From IMG/VR virus record IMGVR_UViG_3300027996_000008: a stretch of DNA of 64,000 nucleotides. One strand, written 5' to 3'. Shown piece after piece: positions 56,331-64,000 of this stretch. Numbering within the stretch: position 1 is the first letter of the stretch; each line of letters opens with the position of its first letter. Both the position numbers and the translations under genes were made by a program. This stretch comes from a virus. The notes below the pieces were generated by a model that ran no database searches, was not told the origin of the DNA, and saw only the letters and a program-made list of their open reading frames with translations.

Positions 56331-57412
56331 ATTTTCTAAATAGAAAATATATCAAATTATTGAACTTCAAAAATATGCAAGAAGAAGATGGAAAGATTAA
56401 ATTCGAATGTCCATATTCTGATTGCAAGCAAGATGGAAAAACAAAGGCATATGTATTATCAATTGATTCACTAACAGCAACATTCTATTGTCACAGATGC
56501 AATAAAAAACATCATTGGTCTAAATTGCTAGAAGAATTTGACTATATTTTATATAGAAAATATTTAGAAGAAAAAAGATTCTATGAGATTGATAATTTCA
56601 CAATAAAAGAACCAACATCAATTAAAATAACAAATGAAAAGACATATGAACACGATTTTGATGATTTTCGTAAACACTTAAAATCACTAGACAATTTATC
56701 TAGTTATAACAAAGGTAAACAATACATAGAAATTGAAAGAAGAATTCCAAAAAAACATCATGAAAATATGTTTTATTTTAAAGGAAATCCATATGAGTTT
56801 TTCAATAAAATATTTAACACTGAAAAATATTCAAAACAAGCTGAAAAAGGATACACATATGAAGGTGTGATTGTTCCTTTTCTAACAAAACAAAATAATA
56901 TTACAAAAATAGTTGGATTTGCTCTAAGAGTTATAGGAAATTCAAGAATGAGATTCATTAACTTATTCAATGAAAATATTGGTAGTTCATATTTATTAGG
57001 TATTCACAAAGTCGATTGGAATAAACCCGTTATAGTTGTTGAAGGGTTATTGGATAAACTATCATTTAACAATGATGATCAAGTTCTTGCATTAATGTCA
57101 ATCAATCTTAAAATAGATGTTATTCAAAAATTAGCAAGAAATAAAGTCATATATGTATTAGATAATCAATTTGATCATAAAGATGTAACAAAACAACTTG
57201 ATAAGATTATTGAAACTGATTTCTATGTTTGTGCATGGGACAAAACAGCGGATGGTTGTAAAGATGTGAATGATTTGAGAAAAAATGGATGGAATGATAA
57301 AAAAATCAAAACAATGATCTTTAAAAACTCTTATAATTCCTTAATTGCTGATGTTATGATTAAAAAACGAATTGAGGAAACCCAGGAGAATATGTATGTT
57401 AAAACTAAATAA
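56327..57412 (+). CDS. gp61: DNA primase
   Basis: CP...C, YCH-C zinc domain, VVEGLLD, VLDN, KDVND toprim motifs. Confidence 0.92.
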   Translation: MNFLNRKYIKLLNFKNMQEEDGKIKFECPYSDCKQDGKTKAYVLSIDSLTATFYCHRCNKKHHWSKLLEEFDYILYRKYLEEKRFYEIDNFTIKEPTSIKITNEKTYEHDFDDFRKHLKSLDNLSSYNKGKQYIEIERRIPKKHHENMFYFKGNPYEFFNKIFNTEKYSKQAEKGYTYEGVIVPFLTKQNNITKIVGFALRVIGNSRMRFINLFNENIGSSYLLGIHKVDWNKPVIVVEGLLDKLSFNNDDQVLALMSINLKIDVIQKLARNKVIYVLDNQFDHKDVTKQLDKIIETDFYVCAWDKTADGCKDVNDLRKNGWNDKKIKTMIFKNSYNSLIADVMIKKRIEETQENMYVKTK

Positions 57413-57596
57413 ATTGATTGAACATTCCAATAATGTTAAAAAATTTCTATCAAGTGGTATAATAATATTTTATGATAAGCATGTATTAAATGTTTTTCAT
57501 TTGAATGTTACAAATACATTTTTAGCATGTTATAATAATAAAATAGGATTTTTTTATACTAATTACAAAAAAATTGAGAAAACAGAATATAGATGA
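57396..57596 (+). CDS. MKLNK-family mini-protein 11
   Basis: MLKLNKLIEHS..KFLSSGI ... TEYR. Confidence 0.72.
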   Translation: MLKLNKLIEHSNNVKKFLSSGIIIFYDKHVLNVFHLNVTNTFLACYNNKIGFFYTNYKKIEKTEYR

Positions 57597-57606
57597 GGAG
57601 GTCAAA

Positions 57607-58041
57607 ATGTTTGATTTATATGAACCAGAAGAAAAAGAAGTTATTAAAAAACCTAAAAAGGCATCTGCTTTTGATCTTTTAAAAGCAATCACAATCAACA
57701 AAAATCTAAAAAACATCAACTACAAACCATCAGATTGTTTCTTCATATTAACATTAATGTGTTATAATCAACAATTAAAAAAATATGCAACACCATTTAT
57801 TGATAGATATGGCAAATTGTCAAATAAAGAAATATTGCGTATTTTAGAAAAAATACTACCTAAAAAATCTTTTTTCATTAAAAGAAAAATCAATAAATTT
57901 CATGAAAATGATTTAGTAATAAGAGTGTCAAATTTCTTTAATGTATCTGATGATGTTGCAATTGATTACTTAGATACTGTTAAGATTGCTGGTGAATATG
58001 ATCAATTCATAGAATGTTTTGATCTTGGTGGTAGAGTTTGA
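57607..58041 (+). CDS. gp62: Clamp loader small subunit gp62-like
   Basis: FDLLKAI---K N-terminus, K---FIK, ---FFNVS---A--YL pattern. Confidence 0.6.
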   Translation: MFDLYEPEEKEVIKKPKKASAFDLLKAITINKNLKNINYKPSDCFFILTLMCYNQQLKKYATPFIDRYGKLSNKEILRILEKILPKKSFFIKRKINKFHENDLVIRVSNFFNVSDDVAIDYLDTVKIAGEYDQFIECFDLGGRV

Positions 58042-58151
58042 AAAAAGTCTTTTTAATGTTTGTTTTCAAAAAACTCTTTGACATTTATATAATATTGATA
58101 TATAATAGTAAGTGATAATATTTTTTATTAATTTTATCCTGGGAGGATATC

Positions 58152-58862
58152 ATGAAAGTCAAATTATTTTTAACATTGCTGATGGTGTTAATGTTGTCTT
58201 GTACAACAATTCACTATCACACAGGGAATTCAGGAAAATCAAGTCAGGACAAAATTTATGATGTTATTAACAAGAACATAAAGTCAATTGTTCTTGTTAA
58301 AACTACGGTTTTAGACATTGTATGTTTAACACCAAATACAAATTCATGTAAAATTATTGAAAATAGTATGTTTGGAACAGGATATCTTGTTGATAAAGAA
58401 AAAGGTCTATTTGTTACAAATAGACATGTTATAGAAGGAAATATCAGAGTTGAATTATTGCTGGGCGAAAAGGTTGTAAAAACTAAAATATTAGAAGCAA
58501 GTGAAAAACCTGATGTAGCACTATTAAAGGTTGAAGATTTAGAATTTGTTGAAAATTTAGAGCAAGTTAAATTTTGCTATAATTATAAAGTTGGCGAAAA
58601 GGTTGTTTTAATTGGGCATCCATTAGGGCTAGTAAATTCTGTATCAACAGGAATTATATCAGCGCTTAGAGATCTTTATATACAAACTGATGCCGCTATT
58701 AATTCTGGAAATTCTGGTGGTCCTATGTTTAATCTAAAAGGTGAATTTATTGGTATGAATACTTTTATGTACACAACAACAGGGGCTAACATTGGTTTGA
58801 ATTTTGCAGTCAAATCAAAAGAAGTCATGAAAATTATTAAAAAACATTTATCTAAAAAATAA
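58152..58862 (+). CDS. Trypsin-like (HtrA/S1C-type, no PDZ) serine protease, putative lipoprotein
   Basis: LMLSC lipobox; TNRHV, DVALL, DAAIN-GNSGGP triad motifs. Confidence 0.9.
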   Translation: MKVKLFLTLLMVLMLSCTTIHYHTGNSGKSSQDKIYDVINKNIKSIVLVKTTVLDIVCLTPNTNSCKIIENSMFGTGYLVDKEKGLFVTNRHVIEGNIRVELLLGEKVVKTKILEASEKPDVALLKVEDLEFVENLEQVKFCYNYKVGEKVVLIGHPLGLVNSVSTGIISALRDLYIQTDAAINSGNSGGPMFNLKGEFIGMNTFMYTTTGANIGLNFAVKSKEVMKIIKKHLSKK

Positions 58863-58926
58863 ATTGACTTTAAAATAAAATTAATATATAATACTAATGT
58901 TTGAATGTTAACTATGGAGGTTAAAA

Positions 58927-59136
58927 ATGACATCACAAATGATTGTTATATTATCACTTGGAATTAATCTAAATATTCTTTTCTATTTATTAGGATTTGA
59001 TAATAAATCCCTGTATATGACAAAAAAGAATAAAATTATCTTTAGTATTTTGTGTTTAATTCCATTTCTTTATTCAATTATGGTATTGATTGCAGGATTA
59101 TATATTAGTTTAAGAAAGGAGGAAAATAATGTGTGA
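58927..59136 (+). CDS. Small membrane protein
   Basis: Two hydrophobic segments. Confidence 0.6.
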   Translation: MTSQMIVILSLGINLNILFYLLGFDNKSLYMTKKNKIIFSILCLIPFLYSIMVLIAGLYISLRKEENNV

Positions 59137-59572
59137 TACTAATTACATGTATCTAGATGTAGACCATAGATTTTATTATTCGAATTTGAATTGGCATCTA
59201 GAGAAGAGAAGAAAAATTAAAAATAAAGAAGAATACAAATGGAACAATGTTGGATTTTATTCTAAACTTTCTCATCTTTATAACGAGGTTGCTAAAAGAT
59301 TAAAAATAAAACATTGTGAAAATATCAAAGAATTGAATGAAGCTTTTAATAATATGTTAGAAAAGATTGCTGAATTCAATGATATTATTATCAAAGATGG
59401 AACACCTACTGTAATTCAAGAAAGAGTGATTATCGAATATAGAACTGAAGTTCTTAAAGAAGATGGAAGATGTGCTGGTGGTCTAAAACATGTCGAAAAT
59501 AAAAATGAAAGAAAAGTGATAAAAGACGACACTAAGAAAAAAGATAAAGAAATAAATTTTGAATTTTGTTAG
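59129..59572 (+). CDS. Hypothetical protein
   Basis: GGAGG SD. Confidence 0.6.
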   Translation: MCDTNYMYLDVDHRFYYSNLNWHLEKRRKIKNKEEYKWNNVGFYSKLSHLYNEVAKRLKIKHCENIKELNEAFNNMLEKIAEFNDIIIKDGTPTVIQERVIIEYRTEVLKEDGRCAGGLKHVENKNERKVIKDDTKKKDKEINFEFC

Positions 59573-59584
59573 GTTTGAATATAG

Positions 59585-59770
59585 ATGAAGCTGAATAAAA
59601 TATATGAAAAGAATTCAAAATTTCTATCAAATGGTGTGTTTGTATTTACTGTTAATTTATATTATAATATGGATGAGTGGATTTATTTAGCTGATATTAC
59701 ATATTTTAATGTGTGGGTTAAAGATATTGAAAAATCTGTAATACATATTAAATATGATGAATATAGATGA
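59585..59770 (+). CDS. MKLNK-family mini-protein 12
   Basis: MKLNKIYEK..KFLSNG ... YDEYR; resembles member 2. Confidence 0.8.
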   Translation: MKLNKIYEKNSKFLSNGVFVFTVNLYYNMDEWIYLADITYFNVWVKDIEKSVIHIKYDEYR

Positions 59771-59807
59771 AACCGAATAAATTTATTGAATTTTTTAGGA
59801 GGAAAAA

Positions 59808-60068
59808 ATGAAAATTTTAAAATTGTTAGTTATTATGTTAATTGTTATGAGTGTAGTTACATTAATTGCTGATGAGTTCAAAAGTGGCGATATTGTTTGC
59901 CAGGTTATTAAAGATCCAGAAAGAAATAATTATAACAAATTGATTAATTGTAAAAGAATTGTAGATGTTAAGAAAAAGAAATATTTGTTCATGATTATAG
60001 AGAATAAGAATTTTAAAATTGAACAAGAATCAAAAAATCTATTAAAAAAGTATATTAAGGTTAATTAA
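59808..60068 (+). CDS. Hypothetical exported protein
   Basis: N-terminal signal-peptide-like segment. Confidence 0.6.
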   Translation: MKILKLLVIMLIVMSVVTLIADEFKSGDIVCQVIKDPERNNYNKLINCKRIVDVKKKKYLFMIIENKNFKIEQESKNLLKKYIKVN

Positions 60069-60071
60069 CAC

Positions 60072-60132
60072 TTGACAAATAGAAAAAAGTAAGTATAATA
60101 GATAGAGAAAAATCGTTCTTTGACATTGGAGG
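60072..60132 (+). promoter_or_regulatory. Early promoter with boxA-like GTTCTTTGACATT and SD
   Basis: TTGACA-16-TATAAT ... tcgttctttgacattggagg. Confidence 0.72.
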
Positions 60133-60138
60133 TTAAAT

Positions 60139-63100
60139 TTGTATAGCTACATAAAAAGCATTGGAAATAAATTATATGTTACAAAATATGTAAATGGTAA
60201 GAAAGTATATGAAGTTGATAATCATTTCAAGCCATATGTTTTTATGAGATGTGAAAAAGAGACAGGATTGAAATCTTATCCACTCAATCACAATGTTATG
60301 AAATTTGACTTTCAATCAATCAAATCATATAGAGAAACACTGAAAGAATTTCCAAAAGATCAAATATATTCTAATTTTTCAAATCTAGTAGAAGTTGAGA
60401 AAATTAGACAAGATAAACTAACTGAAAATTATGATATGAAAAACCTCAATGTTGCTTTCTTTGATATTGAGGTTTATTCTGATTCAGGATTTCCACATGC
60501 TAATACAGCAGAACATCCAGTCACTTCTATTGCTCTACAAGTGCGAAAAACAAAAGACATATATGTTTGGGCACTAACTGATAAATTTGTTCCTCATAAG
60601 GACAATATCACGTTTAAAAGCTATGATAATGAGGCCGATCTTTTAAGAGAATTTTGTCAGTGGTTTGGTCAATCTGGCATTGATACCATTTCTGGGTGGA
60701 ACAGTTGTATTGAGGAAAATCAAAGTGTTTGGACACAAAATAAAATTATAAAAATAAAAAATGTTTTTAAAAATATGAATACAACATTTGATGGTAACAT
60801 TATTGAACATAAAAATACTGGTATTAAAGATGAATATAAAATAAAATTACATAATGGACAAGAAATATTATCCTCCAAAGATCATATATTCCCATTATAT
60901 TATAAAAACAAAAATGAATATAAATATCCAAATTCATTATTGAAAAATTATAAAGAATCAAAACTTGAAGATATAGATATAAACAAAGATATATATTTTA
61001 AATTGGACAAACATAATAATAAAAATGAAGATATAACATTTAAAAAATTAATATTAAATAATTTTGAATATTTTAAAAATCATGATTTTTTTGATTTTGT
61101 AATAACAGATGATAAGATTAGAAATTGGATAATTGAAAATTGTGATGTGAATACTTTATTTACCCATGAAAAAAATTATAAAGGTAAAAGATTTTGGGAA
61201 TATTCCCAAAAAAAATGGTCATATAAAAGATTAAAGAATTTAATACCAGAAGAATTGATAAAAGATTTTCTAAATAACATTGATGAATTGCATTTAATGA
61301 GCAAACCAAAAAGAACATTAAATATAAACCAAAAAATTGATAAAAGATTTTTTCAGATTCTTGGATTTATTTATACTGATGGATTTTATTCAAAATATGA
61401 TAATAATATTCAATTAGGAAGTTCAAAAAAAGATTTGTTAAATCAATATATAAAATACATAGAAGATTTAATTCAGTTCAATAGTTCATATATATCAAAT
61501 AAAAATTTAAAATTAGCAAAAGATAAAATATATCATTATACTTTAACACATAGGAATCAATTTTCATTTCTTCTTCCAATGATATATGATATTGACATTG
61601 ACAAAAATTTAAATATTGAATTATTATCAGAATTATCAAATGAACAGTTTAACTATTTTTATTCTGGTCTAATAGATGGAGATGGTTGCGTTGATAAACA
61701 TAGTGGTACTGTTAATTTATGTAATTATGAAAAGAAAGACATCAAAAGAAAGGATATACATAAAATACAGGAATTATTATTATGGAATTCAATTTTTGCA
61801 ACAACAACTGATGTTAACATAAGAATAAGTTCATCTAATATATCAAATTATGATTTTATTAAAAGTTTAAATATATTGCATAGTGAAAGAAAAGAAAAAA
61901 TTAAATTAAATATTTTAAAAGAAAAAAAGAACACACCAAGTAAGTCAATTAAATATTATGAATATGATAATTTTTATTTAGTTAGATTAAAAAATATAGA
62001 AAAAACAAATAATAAAGTTGTAATGTATGATATAATGACAGAATCACATTTATTTAATTGTAATGGAATAAAAACACATAATTGCAATTTTGACATTCCA
62101 TATATAATAAACAGATGCAAAAAGATTATCAAAAAAGATGTTAATTTGTTATCACCTTTTGGTTTGGTCATTAAAAAAATAATAAGAGGTCCAAAACTCA
62201 AAACACAATCTAAAAAATTAAGAGAATTGATTGAAAAAAGAAAGAAGCAAGGAATCAAAACAAAATCAAAGGATATCAATTCAGGTGAAATAGTTGGTGT
62301 ACAGTCTTTAGATTATATGATTCTAGACAAACACTATCATTCTAACAAAAGAGACTCATATAAACTAGGTGAGTATGGTGAAGAGATTGTAGGTGAAACA
62401 AAAGTCTCTTTCAAAGGAACTCTCGCTGAATTGTGGTTGAATGACAAACAGAAATACATAGAATACAATATACAAGATGTCGAACTACTGACAAAGATTG
62501 ATGAGAAACAAGGATATATTGATCTTGCATATTCTATATCTTATTTTGCTGGAAGTATTCCAGACGATTGCACAGCAAACACAAAGATTTGGACAGCAAA
62601 GTTTTTCAATTACTTGCTAGATGAAAAAAATCAAGTGCTTCCACAACAAAAAGAACATCATTCAGATGGTATTATGGGTGCATATGTGAAAGAACCAGAA
62701 TTGAAATTGCACAAGTGGATAGGTAGTGTCGATTACACATCTCTCTATCCTTGTTGTGGTATCAATCAAAATGCAAGTCATGACACAAAAATTGAAGAAT
62801 TATCTTCAAAACAAAACTATATCGATGAAATGGTTGCTGGAACATTTGATTTTGAACCATACAAAAAGAATAATCAAATCATTACACCATGTGGAACAGT
62901 TTTTACCAAGGATAAATGTGGTATGTTAACAGAGGTATTTAGAAATCTTTTTACTGATAGAAAAGCAAATCAATCATTATCAAAAAAATATAAAAAAGAA
63001 GGTGATCAAGTAAATGCTAATAAATATCATAATATTCAATTAGCTTTGAAAATTCTTCTCAATTCACTATATGGATTTCTTGAATTTAATGGATCAATAC

Positions 63101-64000
63101 TTAATGACAGTTCAATTGCTGAATCATTTACAAGTATGGGACAGGTAGCTAATCTATATGTTTCAAACAGATTTAACAATTATTTAAATAAAATACTAAA
63201 AACAGAAGAAGTTGATTATATTGTTTATTCAGATACAGATTCATTTTATATTAATCTAGATCCATTTGTTGAAAAAGCATTAAATAAAAAACCAGATATG
63301 AAAGACGAAAATATTTTGAATTATTTAGATAAATTATTTGAAAAGAGGCTAACTCCAAAATTGAATCTATTGTGTCAAGAATTAGAAAATTATATGGGTT
63401 GTTATGATAATAGATTGAATCTAGATAGAGAGATAATTGCAAAATCTGTTGTTTGGGTTGCTAAAAAGAAATATTGTGCAAATGTTATTGATAATGAAGG
63501 TTTCAGAACAATTAATAATCCATACATGAAAATTATGGGAATGCAAATTATTAGATCAGACACACCAAAGATGATTAAACCACTTCTAAAAGAAGGTGTT
63601 AAAATGATGTTAAATGAAGAGAACATATATGATTTTGTTAATGATTCAGTTAGTGATTTGTACAAGTATAATTATGTAGAGATTGCGACACCTAAGAGCA
63701 TGAATAATCTAGAATTATATTATGAAGCTCCAAAACATGAATTAGATTTGGAAACATGGGTTAAAGAAAAGGGTATAACATGTCCAGGAAATCTAAGAGC
63801 TACATATCATTATAATCAATTGTTAAAATATTTTGATTTATCAAACAAATATCAATCAATTCAATCTGGCGATAAAGCAAGAATAGTTGAATTAAAACCG
63901 GGCAATCCATATGGAATTGAAAAAATTGCATTTCTTGATGAACTACCAGAAGAGTTTGGTTTAGAAGAATATGTAGATTTTAGAAGACAAATTTATAAAA
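60139..64000 (+). CDS. gp43: Family B DNA polymerase, intein-containing, 3' end outside window (not in ORF track)
   Basis: TTG start; ExoI FDIE, ExoII GWNS|CNFDIPY, ExoIII YNIQD, DYTSLYP, KILLNSLYG, YSDTDS. Confidence 0.96.
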   Translation, partial: MYSYIKSIGNKLYVTKYVNGKKVYEVDNHFKPYVFMRCEKETGLKSYPLNHNVMKFDFQSIKSYRETLKEFPKDQIYSNFSNLVEVEKIRQDKLTENYDMKNLNVAFFDIEVYSDSGFPHANTAEHPVTSIALQVRKTKDIYVWALTDKFVPHKDNITFKSYDNEADLLREFCQWFGQSGIDTISGWNSCIEENQSVWTQNKIIKIKNVFKNMNTTFDGNIIEHKNTGIKDEYKIKLHNGQEILSSKDHIFPLYYKNKNEYKYPNSLLKNYKESKLEDIDINKDIYFKLDKHNNKNEDITFKKLILNNFEYFKNHDFFDFVITDDKIRNWIIENCDVNTLFTHEKNYKGKRFWEYSQKKWSYKRLKNLIPEELIKDFLNNIDELHLMSKPKRTLNINQKIDKRFFQILGFIYTDGFYSKYDNNIQLGSSKKDLLNQYIKYIEDLIQFNSSYISNKNLKLAKDKIYHYTLTHRNQFSFLLPMIYDIDIDKNLNIELLSELSNEQFNYFYSGLIDGDGCVDKHSGTVNLCNYEKKDIKRKDIHKIQELLLWNSIFATTTDVNIRISSSNISNYDFIKSLNILHSERKEKIKLNILKEKKNTPSKSIKYYEYDNFYLVRLKNIEKTNNKVVMYDIMTESHLFNCNGIKTHNCNFDIPYIINRCKKIIKKDVNLLSPFGLVIKKIIRGPKLKTQSKKLRELIEKRKKQGIKTKSKDINSGEIVGVQSLDYMILDKHYHSNKRDSYKLGEYGEEIVGETKVSFKGTLAELWLNDKQKYIEYNIQDVELLTKIDEKQGYIDLAYSISYFAGSIPDDCTANTKIWTAKFFNYLLDEKNQVLPQQKEHHSDGIMGAYVKEPELKLHKWIGSVDYTSLYPCCGINQNASHDTKIEELSSKQNYIDEMVAGTFDFEPYKKNNQIITPCGTVFTKDKCGMLTEVFRNLFTDRKANQSLSKKYKKEGDQVNANKYHNIQLALKILLNSLYGFLEFNGSILNDSSIAESFTSMGQVANLYVSNRFNNYLNKILKTEEVDYIVYSDTDSFYINLDPFVEKALNKKPDMKDENILNYLDKLFEKRLTPKLNLLCQELENYMGCYDNRLNLDREIIAKSVVWVAKKKYCANVIDNEGFRTINNPYMKIMGMQIIRSDTPKMIKPLLKEGVKMMLNEENIYDFVNDSVSDLYKYNYVEIATPKSMNNLELYYEAPKHELDLETWVKEKGITCPGNLRATYHYNQLLKYFDLSNKYQSIQSGDKARIVELKPGNPYGIEKIAFLDELPEEFGLEEYVDFRRQIYK
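60706..62082 (+). mobile_element. Intein with LAGLIDADG endonuclease in the polymerase ExoII motif (459 aa)
   Basis: Starts CIEENQSV, SKDH block B, LGFIYTDG and SGLIDGDG, ends THN followed by Cys; removal restores GWNSCNFDIPY. Confidence 0.93.

Noticed and set aside
40536-59810. Mini-gene arrays as CRISPR arrays
   Set aside because: Period is about 185-215 bp, the repeats vary synonymously and are coding, and there are no cas genes
61974-63665. Short ORFs 61974-62279, 62726-62929, 63251-63442, 63402-63665
   Set aside because: Shadows within the continuous polymerase frame starting at 60139
1-64000. Stop-codon reassignment
   Set aside because: Core genes are intact in code 11, and TAA, TGA and TAG all end well-bounded genes

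Overview
Very AT-rich, densely coding segment of a large T4-like (gp55/gp33 late-transcription type) myovirus genome, read in standard code 11. Genes from 1 to 14.4 kb are mostly on the minus strand: head module (scaffold, gp21, gp20, gp2, gp4), gp46 and uvsY. From 14.6 kb onward genes are mostly on the plus strand: dUTPases, two DNA methyltransferases plus a helicase, ThyX, dNMP kinase, tRNA-His and tRNA-Thr, UvsW, gp33, gp32, gp45, gp44, NrdG/NrdD (intein), gp47, RegA, RNase H, gp55, primase, gp62 and a family B DNA polymerase (intein, runs off the window). Single late structural genes (gp13, gp14, baseplate genes) are scattered among these. Class III RNR suggests an anaerobic or facultative host. 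The most unusual features are four. (1) A family of 12 paralogous 61-72 aa mini-proteins (MKLNK..FEKS..KFLSSG ... EY[QRK]) in translationally coupled cassette arrays near gp47, primase and the polymerase, with signs of shuffling. (2) A covarying three-way-junction element in front of two unrelated homing-endonuclease genes. (3) An identical 33-bp back-to-back early/late promoter cassette. (4) boxA-like leaders on replication operons. Other points of note are a degenerate dUTPase next to an HNH-dUTPase fusion and a candidate origin region. All homology calls come from motif recognition by eye; no database search was run.
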